Origin: Octopus vulgaris
Taxonomy: Eukaryota
Direction: 5' to 3'
Assembly (NCBI GenBank): GCA_951406725.2
Contig: OX597814.1
Location: 186,434,001 to 186,498,000, forward strand
DNA: 64,000 nucleotides
Under the pieces are notes generated by a model that saw only the letters and a list, made by a program, of their open reading frames with translations, was not told where the DNA came from and did no database searches. The position numbers and the translations under genes are program-made. Shown here piece by piece: positions 1-14,300 of the stretch. Every line of letters starts with the position of its first letter. The stretch's first letter is position 1.

Positions 1-358
1 TGTTACAAGCGTCTTTCCTAAAGTACTCCAAAAGTTTCTCTATATAAACTAATAAAAGTTACTCTTCAATAAATTGCTTATAAAAGGTCATATTTATTAC
101 TGACTACCCTGAATAAATGTTATAAATAAATCATAATTCTGATTTAGCTTATATTGGTGTCATTTCTGAATTTTATACAGATCTTCATAGCATTATTGCT
201 GTTATATTTTCCATTTTGTCCCACAGTTGAGATTGCTTAAAACATAACATTCAAACATGTTTCTTTCAATTTAATTTTATAGTCAAGATTTTATATATAG
301 AGATTTGCTTAAAGCATAACACCTGAACACATGAATGTTGTAACATGTAGAATAATAT

Positions 359-468
359 TACTAATTACTTTGAAATATTACATATCTTCAATAATTACAG
401 AAACAGCCAGAAGTACTAATTACTTTGAAATATTACATATTTTCAATAATTACCGAAACTGCCAGAAG
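359..468. repeat. Tandem duplication, 2 x 55 bp
   Basis: TACTAATTACTTTGAAATATTACATAT...GCCAGAAG at 359-413 and 414-468 with few mismatches. Confidence 0.9.
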
Positions 469-1215
469 CTATCTATTTATCCTCCATTATACTAAATGAT
501 AAAACAAAATAAATTTTTATTTTAAAACATAAAATATAAACATTTATGCACCTCGTTTCTGTAAAGCTACACTCAGTGACTTGTGCTAACACATTAAACA
601 AATCTATTTGTTTATTAACAGAAGTTTTACTACAAAAGTTCTTGAGAAGCAACAAACAGCAAGTTCACTTATTGCATTTATCTCAGTTGATTGCTCATCT
701 CTGTTCAGTGAATTCTACTGTAAAATCCAGCAGCTTCATGCTTCTAACAAGTTTTAGTTTTAATTTGCCTGAGTCATTACTATATGATTAGTAATGTTTT
801 GGCATACAATTGTAGTTGTTCATTATTGGCATAGACACTCGTCAAAATCAAAATAAACTTTTGTGATAGTTTGATATTCTGCAAACCTCATTATTTGGAA
901 ATTCATTCCATTACCTCAGTACTATGCATACTTTTTGATATTGCATTTATTTCAATCATTTCTTTTTCTCTCAAATTAATCAATAATATATTATCTGCTT
1001 TATATTGACATATACTTAAAACATTTATGAATGTTCAGAGTAAACATAAATTCCATTGCTACTACCAAATACATGAATTGTATACTATTTCTGATATATA
1101 TTGTCTAACCCCAGTTATACTTCACTTGTTACACTTCCTGATAGGTAATCCTAAAGTTTAGTATAATCAAGTACATATTCAAATGTAGATTAGTTTCTAA
1201 ATAGCAATAATTTAT

Positions 1216-1246
<31 letters not shown>

Positions 1247-1260
1247 TACATATATATATC

Positions 1261-1402
1261 TCATCATCATTGTTTAACGTCCGCTTTCCATGCTAGCACG
1301 GGTTGGATGATTTGACTGAGGACTGGTGAACCAGATGGCTGCACCAGGCTCCACTCTAGACGTGGCAATTTCTACAGCTGGATGCCCTTCCTAATGTCAA
1401 CA
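1261..1402 (-). mobile_element. RTE-LINE 3'-end-related repeat with (GAT)n tail, short copy
   Basis: CATCATCAT...TTTAACGTCCGCTTTCCATGCTAGC...GGATGCCCTTCCTAA shared with 6968, 21336 (opposite strand) and 51993. Confidence 0.8.
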
Positions 1403-2644
1403 TATATATGGAAATTAATTTCATATTCATTCTAACATAATTAAAATGCACCAAAGTAGTTTTCTATGCAGAAACAAATTCTCTTTATGCTGGGGAACAA
1501 TTTTTCTTAAATAACTTCTTCAAAAGAAAATTTTCAAATTAAACATCAGTAGTATAAAAATTTACTATCATTGTGAAAGTAGTACTTAAAAGATTAATAA
1601 CTTCTTAGCTTAAATTTGCCTGGCTGTGAAATGGTGCGTGTCTTTTGGTCTTTAATAGGAAATCTATATCTTATAACTGAATCACCATAAAATATAATGG
1701 AAGGTTTTTCACTTATCAGTTGTATGATACATTATGTATTCTTTATAATTCATTATTTTCTAGCATTGCTTAATGATAGCTGCCAATTTAGCTGGAAATA
1801 ATCTATTTTGTCTTTGAAAGGTTTTCAGCTAGCCAGTGTCATTCTTCTGCTATATTGTAATGAAAAATCCTGTGTAACATGATTTTTGACCTTGGGTAGC
1901 TACTGTTATCTCCTATTTGTTTACCCCTAGAAAGTGTGAAAAATGGCTAATATTTCCTTCAAACTCTGTTTTTGTTACATTTATTCAAACCCCCAAAGAA
2001 TTCCTCTCAACACATAGCTATGATGCTCCCTCACTAAGGGACATACTCAAGTGGTCAAAGCCAAGTAACTGACAAGTTTGTGATATTGAGAAGAATATTT
2101 GCAATAAAGATATTCCTGTTCCAGCTTCTGGATGCTGAATCTGTCTGAAATATAGTGGAAAATAGGTCAGTTTCAAAACATTGATGTCCAGGTTACAAAA
2201 GCAAAGTTTGATGGAAACAGTTTTCATTTCCTTTGATTTTTAAATAGAAGTAAATTGGAGGTAATACTTACTGATCAAAGACCAAAAACAGATAAATAAA
2301 TAAAAAATTTGTCACAGTGTAAATCCACTGTAAAACCAACCATTATCACTTTTGTTCTGGAAATTTGTTAAAAAACGAAAGTATGAAGGCAGTAAAAGAC
2401 AATTTTGTTATCAGAAATGTTAAAGGAATTCTAAAGCAATATTTACAAAACTTGTGAAACCCCCACTAGTAACAATTGAAGAAATATGAATGTAATTTTG
2501 GTTTCAGGTGTACATGTAGATTTTCCTCTGCATGTGTATGAAATATATGTGGATCACATTTATTTGTTTTTGTAATACAGAATGCTTTGAAGAAAAATAA
2601 ATGAATGCATTTCTAAATAAAGGTTATTAATCTGCTTTTTCCAG

Positions 2645-2792
2645 GTATTCCGTGGAAATCAAAATACTTATCGAGCTGAACTGCGTGGCGTTTCACCACC
2701 AATCATTGCAAAGCGCATTCGCTTCATTCCATATAGTGAACACCCTCGCACAGTGTGTATGCGGGTAGAAATGTATGGCTGCCAGTGGGCCG
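2645..2792 (+). CDS. DDR2: DDR exon: C-terminal part of discoidin (F5/8 type C) domain
   Basis: ttttccag|GTATTC... [50 protein letters not shown]|gtatgt; 148 nt; missed by the ORF track. Confidence 0.93.
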
Positions 2793-5700
2793 GTATGTAT
2801 CAAGAACATTTTTATTTAACCCTTTTAATACCCACCCAAAGACTTAACTGTATTAAGTATATGTTTAGGAGTTAAAATCTTCATCAAAATCTCTTTACAA
2901 TATCAATTGGTATCAGAGATATACTTACACATATATTGAAATTTTACTAAAAAAAATTTATTAAATTATTCCAAACCTTGATTATATTGAAAAATATTTG
3001 AAACAGAGGCATAGGAGTGGCTGTGTGGTATGTAGCTTGCTTACCAACCACATAGTTCCGGGTTCAGTCCCACTGTGTGACACCTTGGGCAAGTGTCTTC
3101 CACTATAGCCTTGTGGGTGAATTTGGTAGACAGAAACTGAAAGAAGCCCATCGTATATATGTATATATATATGTATATCTTTGTGTGTCTGTGTTTGTCC
3201 CCCCCCCCCAACATCGCTTGACAACCGATGCTGGTGTGTTTACGTCTCCATAACTTAGCGGTTCGGCAAAAGAGACCAATAGAATAAGTACTAGGCTTAC
3301 AAAGAATAAGTCCTGGGGTCGATTTGATTTGACTAAAGGCGGTGCTCCAGCATGGCCACAGTCAAATGACTGAAACAAGTAAAAGAGTAAAAAAGAGACA
3401 CTATTTCAGAAAAGGGCTAAAATATATTTTTGATAATTAAAAAAATCTTTTTTTTCTACTTTAAACCATTTGACTTTTTCTTACTTTTCTCTTCTCCCTT
3501 AGTTTTATTTTCTCTTTCCGCCTTTATTTATGGTCCTTTGGCCTGCCAGACTTCTTCAGATCACTTTCTTTACTTGTGCTAATAATTTCAAAAGAGTAAT
3601 CCAAACGGGTCAAATAAGGTCCCAAGATAACATAGAATAAGTAAGTAGAGTTGTTGACTTAAACACAACAGCTGGTTGAAAGCTACAAAGTTAGGATTTG
3701 TGGGTGTTGAATTTACTCTTTTGAGAGTAGGTGGGCTAGTGATGGGCAATAAAACTTAGTTGGCTGAGATTGTCTCTGTAGGAGTTGTGCCACTGCCCAC
3801 CTGCTGCCTATTGTATTCAGTGGTACCAAGACAAAGATGGTGTCAAATAACAGGAACGTTGACAATTGATGTCTATCAGGGATTAGATTTCAACAGTGTG
3901 AGATCCCCAAGGAAACCTGTATTTTTTAGTGCTATAGTTTTATACATTCATTATATTTTCTCACACTTTATCCACAAACTTATCTAAACTTTTTTCTCAC
4001 CTCCTCCTCTTTCTCTCATCACCCCCATATTACCTTTTTAATACAATGTAGTCACAATCTGTTATAACTGCTGACATATATAAAACTTTGAAGGACACTT
4101 AAACAAGCAGAAGAAGCTGTTCTTAGTTGTTCAGTTTTGAACTCTGACATATTTAAGAGAGAACACTAAACAACAAAAATGTTAAGCTCAGCCATTGAGA
4201 CACACATTATTGTTTTACCACTTATTTAGTTTACCCTAACTATTTGATTCTCTATCTGCAATATTCCGTTTATATTTTACCCCTGTCTTAAGAAATAAAT
4301 GCAAATATGGGATCTTTTCGGTTTGAACGGCAGTTTTTAACATAATTTCTAGGTAACTAAAAAATTTTAAACTTCATATACTGGTAGAATGTGTTTATAA
4401 AACATCTTTTTCTCTTGGCTTTATTGAGAAAATTCTATAGTTTGTAAGATATTTGTTTTTTTTTCTTCAATTTCTGCAATTTCAACTAATCAATAACGTC
4501 CATTGAGGTAAAAAAAAACATTCTGTGCCATATGGATATGTCCCTCGTTTAAGAAACAGATTAGGTTTATTTACATTTGTGAAGAAAAAAAATACCCTTC
4601 CCCCCACCCCTAACCCTAAAAGAGATTGAAATGCAATAGATCGATACTAGGGTCATAATTATGGGTGACAATTTCATATGACACCGCTAGAAAAAACTGC
4701 CATTCAAACCGAAAAGATCCCAAATATGTTGTTTAAATTAAAAATAGGTTTAATACTAAAATCATTGATTAATTTATCATTTGTTATAGGTGTTCTTATA
4801 AAGTATGTGTACTCTGTCTCCAATAATATAAGTATTTAAAAATAAATTACTGACTAGCCATTATTTGTTAATTCTTTCTTTGACAATGTACTGCTAATTT
4901 TTTAAAAAAGAAGTTTTCAGATTTCCTGTAGTTTACCAGTTTAGTTGGTATAATGATTTAGTGTTAACATACTGGAGCTTTATATAACTAACTAAAAATA
5001 ATTAGGCAATCAGTGAAAAACAACATTAATCAATGTTTCAGTTTTATCCTGTACTCATCAGAAAAGCACACACTTCGTTATAATTGCTGAAAGAGCAATG
5101 AAGCAACCACTAAGTAAAATGTATAAGATTTTATATAGTTTGGCATAGAAAAATAGATTTGTTTAATTAAATAATTTAGAGATGTCATCTGCATAAAGTC
5201 AAGTTATTGTGTTACTTGCCTAAAGATGACAAATGCATGTATAACAAAGACTTTAAATAATAAATCAGTAAGATCCAGGTTAGAGTGTATATCTGTATGT
5301 GTGCATGCATACAGTAGTTAGCTGCAAAAATTTAAACAATCAGTTCATTTAGCTGCCAAAATGATAATAATTATTTTGATGGACAACGAAAATTTTAACT
5401 ACAGGTTCTGTATAAAAAATTTCAAATTTGTCAGTAAAATAAATTTCATAACATTAGAATAGAATGAAATTTTGGATCCAAGGTGATGGCCTGCATGAAA
5501 AGAATTAGTAAATATAAAGTTTGTTTCTACTGTAAAGTTTATTTGCTATGTGGATTGCAGAATATAACATTTTGTTATTGGCTCTTATCTAAAGATCAGG
5601 AAATTGGTGCTCAGACTAAGGTTGAAGGATTAATTTGGTGGGGAGATGATAGGTAAGAAGGGTGATGTGAGATAGTGAGAAACCAAAGAGATGAAGTGAA

Positions 5701-8310
5701 GAAGGATTAAAAAGCTGGACAAGAAGGTAAATCACAAAACATGGTAGTTGACAGGTTAAGGTACTGGGAGGTAGTGCAAAGAGAAATTGGACAGGAAAGG
5801 TACAATACATCAAACAACCACACATAATTGTAAATAAAGTTGAACATATTTCAGAACGGGGAGAATGGCGAAAGGTGAGATAAGAACAGAAATAAAAACA
5901 CACAAGGCAGCAAGCTGGCAGAAACATTAGCATGCCAGGTGAAATGCTTAGCGGTATTTCGTCTGCCATTACGTTCTGAGTTCAAATTCGACCGAGGTCA
6001 ACTTTGCCTTTCATCCTTTTGGGGTCAATAAATTAAGTACCAGTTACGCACTGGGGTTGATCTAATTGGCTTAATCCCTTTTTCCTTGTTTAGCCCCTTG
6101 TGGGCAATAAAGAAATAAGAAATAAAAACACACAATTACACATACACACACACATGTAAGTGCAGACATGGCTGTGTGGTTAAGAAGTTTGATTCCCAAC
6201 TACATGGTTTTGGGTTCAATCCCATTGCATTACAACTTGAGCAAATGTCTTCTACTACAGTCTCGGGTCAACCAAAACTTAGTGAGTGAATTTGGTTGAC
6301 AGAAACTAAAATAAGTCAATCATGGATATATATAGATATATATGTGCATGTGTGTGTTTGTATCCCCTTGCCTAGATATATCACATGATAGTTATAAATG
6401 AGTGTTATTGACATACAAGAGATGTAATTCATTTCCAAAATTCTACAAAAACATGTCTGGTCGTGAGGAAATATTGCCTTGCTTGAAAACAGGTGAGGGC
6501 ACTGAACCATAGAAAATCTGCCTCAATAAACACTGTCCAACCCCTTGCAAGAATGGAAAAATGGGCATTAAAGTAATGGGGATATGCAAACACACACACA
6601 CACACATTCATATATTTGTGTAAATACTATTGTTTTCCCTTTCTGTTATCCCAGCATATAAACTTTTAACAATCTTCAGAACTTCAACAGTTTTGAAGAT
6701 GAAATATAGTTATTAACTTTAACTTCAAAAACATTAAAGAGCCAGCTGGTTTGCTAAGATTTGTGGGAAGTCCTTTCTCTCTTTAGGAAGATTATTATCG
6801 TAACTTTTCTACACAGGTGTCTGTTCAGTGTCCATTTAAAAAGTTAACCTTGTAAACAACTTTTAAAAAAAAAGATGTTTACATCTCAGGTTGTGTGAAT
6901 TGAGCCCAGCACATCACCCTGTATGTGTCCATTGTTCTTTCTGCAAGTTTTTTCTGAATGCAGTAGATCATCATCATCATCGTTTAACGTCCACTTTCCA
7001 TGCTAGCATGGGTTGGACGATTTTGACTGAGGGCTGGCGAACCAGATGGCTGCACCAGGCTCCAATCTTGATCTGGCAGAGTTTCTACAGCTGGATGCCC
7101 TTCCTAACGCCAAGAGTGTAGTGGGTGCTTTTTATGTGTCACTGGCACGGGGGCCAGTCAGGCAGTACTGGCAATGACCTCGCTCAAATTTTTTTACACA
7201 TGCCACCAGCACAGGTGCCAGTGAAGCGACGTTGGTAACGATCATGCTCGAATGGTGCCCTTTTACGTGCCACTGGTATGGAAGCCAGTTGGCTGCTCTG
7301 GCAAGGAAGCCAGTTGGCTGCTCTTAATTCTAACATGTCAGTTTCTTTGTTATTTTTTCTCATAATTTTGATAAATTCTTATAAATGATTATTCCTCTTG
7401 TTCTAAACAAAACAACACACAAGGTAATTTTTTTTTTTTTGTCTTTCTACTTTGCAGATGCATTATTATCTTACAGCATGCCTCAAGGTCACCAACGAGG
7501 CACTGAGCTAGAACTCTATGATTACACATATGATGGAATGAGAAAAGACGGTTACCTTTCTGGAGGTGTTGGTCAACTTACTGATGGTTTACAAGGCAAC
7601 AGTAACTTCCGCATGACTGACAGTAAGGGTCTTGGTGTGAAAGGTTATGACTGGGTGGGCTGGAGAAACAATTCGGATATGTTTAAACCAATTGAAATCA
7701 TCTTTAAATTTGATGGAGTAAGAAACTTTTCTGAGGTGTTTCTCTACTGCAATAATGCTTATAAAAAATATGTACGAGTTTTCCGGACTGCTCTGTTTTC
7801 TTTTAGTAATGGAGGCAAATATTACAGAGATGAGATAAAATTTTCTTACGTGAAGGACACTATTGTCGAGTATGCCAGAGATATAAGTATTGGTCTAAAA
7901 CACAACATTGGTAGATATATTAAAATGCAGTTGTTTTTTGAAGCACGTTGGATTATGATAAGCGAAGTTCGTTTTGAATCAAGTAAGTGAACTTTTTGGT
8001 TTCTTTTTTTTTTTTTTTCTTACTCAAAGATAAAGGCATCTTTTTGTTTTCTATATTGTATGTTGCAAAATAGTATTTTCAACCATGTAACAAACATCCT
8101 TGTTTTAGCTAGTCATCTGAATAGATGCATATGTCAATATGTTGTGAATTGTTATGATACTGCATTGCATTTATATGAAAGGAAATGTTTGAAGAGTTGT
8201 AAAATCAGTAAATCCTCAATCAGGCTTCAACATCATTTTTAATTTGTAACACATTAGCAAGCTATGATCTACACTCATTATGGAGTTGGCTTCAATATGA
8301 TGTATGTGTA

Positions 8311-8343
<33 letters not shown>

Positions 8344-11300
8344 ATTGTGTACATATTTGCGCATATGTTTATATATAAATACATGTGTGTGTATCCATAT
8401 ATGTATGTGTGTTTATACATATACATTGATCATACATACACACAAACAGACATATATACTCATATATTTACCTATATATAGATAGGTAAATATATGTTTG
8501 TGTGTATGTATGATTAATGAAAATGTTGGTGGAGATCCTACCAAGTACCATGAAAATCCACTCTGACAATTTCCAGCTACACATGCATACGTGTGTGTGT
8601 GTGTGTGTGTGTCTACTTCCAATCAACCAAAAATAATGTCAAAACAAAGTCATGTGAGATATGTATTAAAAAAAAAGTCCCTTTTGAGTCAATTTGATGT
8701 CTGAATCTTGATTACAAACTGGAAGTGTGTTTTGTTTTGTACGTAACATAAATCGTGTGATGTGGAAAACTAAAAAAAATACTTGTTTGAGCCACTTTAT
8801 GCATGTCAAGTACACACAGAAAAAAGAGTAAAGAAATAGAAAAAAAACAGTGGGAAGAAATATTAAAGATAATAAATTGAATAAATGTGATGAAGGGTAA
8901 TAAGGATGAAAATAAGGAATTTATGGTAAAACCCATGTAAACGCAAATAGAATTAGACTTAACTCAGTCCCATATCACCTGAAAGTGGTGTGGAACTGTA
9001 TGTAATATATAGTGGGCAGAAGTGATTTTGTTGAAATTACAACAAAAATACTGATGAAACAGTGATAGTTCACTAAAATCATGGATTCTTATGTGAAAAT
9101 ATCACATAACAATTTTTCTAGTGAGCTTTTGATGTCAAATTCATGAGATTCTAAATGAATTGTATATTTTTAAGGAGTTCCAAAAATATTAAAGAAATTC
9201 TACTTGTACACTTTCTATTGTACAGTATATTCAGCTTGTTGATAGGACAAGTTTCTTCATTCTTTTGTTGTTATATTTTTAACTAAAATACACCTATTAT
9301 GTGTTTCAATTAGATTGTAAAATAATTGGGTAATTAGACTAGTTTCATAAAATGACTCATTTTTTGCTTACCAACATATTGTGATTTTGTAATTGTTGTC
9401 TCAAAGTGAATCTAATTTCTACAAGTAAATTCAATAAAACTTTAAATTATTTATGTTTTGTTGGACTGTTACCATATAAAATGAGTTATTAGCTAATATT
9501 CAATTGGGTATAACAACAAAATTTTAATATAGAAGACTTGTGCACATTGCTGGATTGGTTTGGTTCTCTGTCTTTTACAAGGCTGGGTGCTTCATCAACA
9601 GAACAACTTGTTTGTGAAATTAACCTGCAAGAGGCTGAGCACTCCACACACACATGTACCCTTAACGTGGTTCTCAGAGAGATTCAGCATGACACTGATT
9701 GATGAAGCTGGCTCTTTGAATTGCAGACAGAACTCATTTTTGCCAGCTGAGTCTAGTGGAGCAATGAGAAAATCAGACACAACATATTGCCAAGAATCAA
9801 ACTCACAGCTTTATAATCACAAGATGAATACCCTAACCACTAAGACAGGTGTATCATAATGGTAAAATAGACGAAAATAATGGAATTTATCCTTGAAGAA
9901 AACTTGAAAATGAAACCTATACACCATCAAGTAAATGAAATAAACTCATATATATGCATAAATACACAAAAATATGTGCAATAATGATTCACAATACAAA
10001 TGAATCAAAATTTGTTTCTCACTTTACAGGTAAATGCAAAATAAAAACAAAGTAAATCTGAAAAAAAATTTTTATAAAATAAAATTATATATATGCAAAT
10101 CATGGAAACTTGTAAAGTGCCCCACTCTATATAATGCAACCTTGCAGAAGGCATATTAGAAAGTCATTTCAATTGATTGTCCACTGGGATCTTTCCTTTT
10201 TGTCATATAGGTAATCCAAGCACTGTTCTCCAATTTTGTAGTTTTCCTTGGCACATGCTGTCAGAAATGTACCTTACCTTTATAACCCACCATACTTTCA
10301 TAAAGGGATAAGTGTCTATCAGGCTTATCAAACATTTTGTATGTGTTCTGAGCACTATCAATGAGGGGATTTATTTTGAATAAGGGATCAAAATTCGTTT
10401 CTCCATATACTGTTTGTGTCTCTTATATGCAAATACCGTGATAATTTTAAAAATCATGTTCTTGTCATGGTATTGAAACATTCTGATCTCTGAAAGGTTC
10501 ATAATTACTCTAGTAGTTTTTAATCCTGAACAGATTCCTTAATACACATGATATTAATAGTAAAAAATTCTAGGATTTCTTCCAGGTATGTGGGTGACCA
10601 CAAACTGTCTTTTTACCTCTTTGTTTATGTTCTGTGTAATGATTTTGTTTCTACGGTTATTGTTTCAAAGAAAGGGAAAAATGCCTAATAGTTTCGTCTC
10701 CTTGGAAAGACTGTTACTAGGTCCAATTTATTCCAAACAATAATGAAAAACAGTTATTAAATTTTCACTCCATTCAGATACAAGTTTGCTTTCTTTATCT
10801 CTAATGGAGCTCTTGTCATAATCACATGTTTCACTTTTGGAAATCAAAATATCCAATTCACACAGATGGTTTTTGTATATTTTCTTAGAAATGTTCATGT
10901 CTTTTCTCAAAAATTTTTCAAATTCAGATTTGTTGCTTAAGAACATAAAACTCATATCCATTTTCTGAAATAAAAAATTTCAGAAAATTGATTTATTATA
11001 ATGTGAAATAAAAATCTTCAAAAATTCACATGCCAAATAATGTTGGACACTATAATTCAATTAGTTTAAATAGTAAAATCATGTGTTTGCATGAATGTAC
11101 TATGATTTGCAATGAAATCCTCATTTAAATACAAATACGTTATCTAGGGTGGTTTTAGGTGAGTTGGTAACATAAGCTAAAAAAAATTCTTAGGTGGGTT
11201 TGATAATGAAAGGGTTAAGATAAACTTATTTAGTTAACAGTATTTTGAAACTGGTTAATTTCTTGAATTTGACAACTTGATAAAGAGCTATCAGTGGTAT

Positions 11301-14300
11301 ATACACAATCTTTCTGAATATGGTTTGTTGAATTTTACTCCTGACCATAGAATTCTACTTGTAGTCATACTCTCATTTTTAGTTACCAATATATTGTGAG
11401 AGGGAAGTTGTATTTCTTCTTTCTGGACTCCTGAAAAAATGCATGTGTTGTGCTAGCACGGTGCATCAGCTCTTTGCTGGAACATTTATTATTTCAAGGA
11501 CAAAGTTAATGTGGTGATTACTATGTAGCTGGAAAGCTGAAGGTATACTGTTGTGGTAATTTATTTTGTTGACACTATTAATTAAATTTTTGGTGTAACT
11601 AGTGCATCTGTAGCTAACTTTTAAAGTTTTTGTTGAAAATCTTACAGTATTTATAACCAATAGGGAAGTGTCTGGGTACTAGATTCAAGAAGTTTCTAGC
11701 GGTGTTAGTAGTGACACCTAGGATAATGGTGGCTGTTAAACTAGATAATATTACAGTTGCAATGTTTTTGTTATTTTTGCAAAATATTATTAGGTGGTCA
11801 ATATTTCTCAAAATAAAAAGAAAAGTCACTCTCTTTCAATGCATTGCTATAATATGGGTTACCGAGTTGAACATTTCTTCATCTGATAAAATAGCAGAAA
11901 TCCATGGCTAATGTTGCTTACAAAATTCTTCAATACTATTGATAGATAACTAGAGTATTTGATACACACACATTTCTCATTGGCCTTCCTGTTAGGCAAT
12001 ATTTTTCTGTACTTGAGCCTAATGTAATGTTTAAAAATTAACTACAATTTATAGTGTAGTAATTCTTCAACTTAATTCTTTGAATGGTCTTTTCTTAGTT
12101 TATCCAACTGATTATTATTCATATGGCTTGAAATTAAGAAGCTGTAATCTTGTGAAAGTCTATGCCACTGAATTTCCTCTTCAAGGAATCTAACATGTAT
12201 TCCCACTTGTCTACAGGCCTCAGCCACATCATACAGTCCCGTAATGACACCAGGTAGCTCCTTGCTATTGTTTCACTCAAATTCTATCTTTAAAGAATAG
12301 TAAAAGAGTTTTAGATATGCATGATATCAATTTCAAGATTACTAATGGGGATCAGTTTCTTGCTGAACTTTAAAGAATTGAGTAGATAAAGCTTTTAAGA
12401 TATAGGGTAGAACTCAGTTTCATCCAATTGGATAAATTTTCAATTATGTTTACTATTTATTTGGATAAACCAATTAATAATATAAAGGTAAATTTATGAC
12501 TTGACAAATTTTAATGATAATTGCATCTAAGATGTGCTTGCTTGCAATAGCTAGTTCACTCTTTGCTCCAAAAATTATGATTGTGGTCCATATGGGGCTT
12601 CCCTGAGTGCTAAGTTGTAATATCTGAGTTATTTTTATCAATGTTAGTATTGATTTTCTGTATTTGATTGTAATGTTGTTAGAAAGAAGCCCGGAGCATT
12701 GTCCATCTCATAAAGGGATTTTTAATATGACTATGAATAAATTTTTTCTTTAAGCATTAGAATGTTTTTGTATTATTATTATTATTATTATTTTTTTTTT
12801 TTTTTATGTTCTTGAATGATGTGTGTATGTAATAATTTCAAATAGTTCATTTTCAAAACCCACCCAAAATTTCTTCCGGGACAATAGATTTCTAGTCTTA
12901 AGACAATATTTTATTAGTTAGAGGCATCTGCAGAGTTATGAAAGAAGTATCATTTCCAGCATGTTTTATTTATTAGGTCTTTTAGGGGTTTTTTTTTGTT
13001 ATTCTTATTCCTATTATGCATTTTAGATATGCTTTCTTAGACATGATAGGGAATGTTTTCTACTTAATGTGGGACCAGGTATTGGAACCTTGTCAGTAAA
13101 AAGTTCCCTTTTTTTGTGAAGAATACACAACAATAACTGGGCTAACGTATCCTCCTTAATACAAATGAAAGGAAATGGTACCCAATACATAACCGTTAAC
13201 TTTAATGATTGCAATGAGGAAAGAACTGGGTTTTCAACAGTTATTTACTCTGAGTTTCACATTATCAAAAAAACATTTCGTTTTTAACTGTTTGACATTT
13301 GATGAAATCATGTGGGCGGCCAGCGGGCCAGGCAGACTACAACTGATTTAAACATAGGGAGGAGAAGTAGCTAATTAAATGAAAACAAGGAGACTTTAAT
13401 CAGAGAGTGGGAGTGGAGTTATAGGTGAGTTGTTGCATGAGTGACATTATAGTAGTCGATGGGTAGTGACAGTAGAATAGAAGCAAGTGTTGAACAGTAA
13501 AAGATCTGGAAGCAATTAATTTTACTGAATGGTGATGGAGCATGGTGAGGGAAGATTTTCTGTGATCCCAAGAAACCTCATGTACCGACATCTAACTGTA
13601 TTGAGTGCACTTTCTCCTACTCATATGTATGTGTATACATGATAGAAAATACGTATGGTGCATTATATGAATGAAATAATAAAGCCAAAGAGTAAAATTT
13701 TTTGTAACAAGATTTTGATATTTTGGCATGAGAAAGCCTTTATTAAAGTTCATAACATCTATGCCTGCACCTTATGTATACACGCACACCCAAACGTACT
13801 TACATACAGACATTTATACACACACACACTCACACACACACACACATATATCGTCATCATTGTTTTGTCTAACATCTCTCTTTTATGCTGACATGTGTTG
13901 GATGGTTTGACAGGATCTTATAAGCCAAAGGATCACACTAAGCTCCAGTACCTGTTATGGCATGGTTTCTATGGCTGGATGCTGCCCTAATGCCAAACAC
14001 TTTACAGAGTGTATTACATGCTTCTTTTTTTTTTTTTTTCATGGTATTGATACTAGTGAGGTTACCATGTAACTTGCAAGACAAGAGCCCTCAATTGAGT
14101 GAGGGTTTAGTAATGAGATAGGAGGCTTTATGCCAGATATTGAGAAATTAAAGTGTAACAGAGGGACAGGAGCATGTGTCTTGTTGTAGAAGAGATAGGT
14201 AGCTACCTCAGCTGGAAAGAGAGAAGAGAGATCATGGTGATGAAGGTGTCAGGGTGTACCCTCAAGCTACAAGAAAGTGAATATAAGATAGAATAGTTAC

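Noticed and set aside
1-2644. Upstream DDR exons (signal peptide, N-terminal discoidin domain)
   Set aside because: No matching open frame or splice-bounded segment seen; they must lie before the window.
3006-3080. tRNA-like sequence (also at ~29630-29697, ~43345-43415, ~50290-50359)
   Set aside because: A/B-box heads of SINEs joined to SINE bodies, several with TSDs; no intact cloverleaf was evident.
9050-9092. CTGATGA followed by an AGTGA/TCACT hairpin (hammerhead-like)
   Set aside because: Three extra nt before stem II, no GAAA, and no convincing stem I; probably chance.
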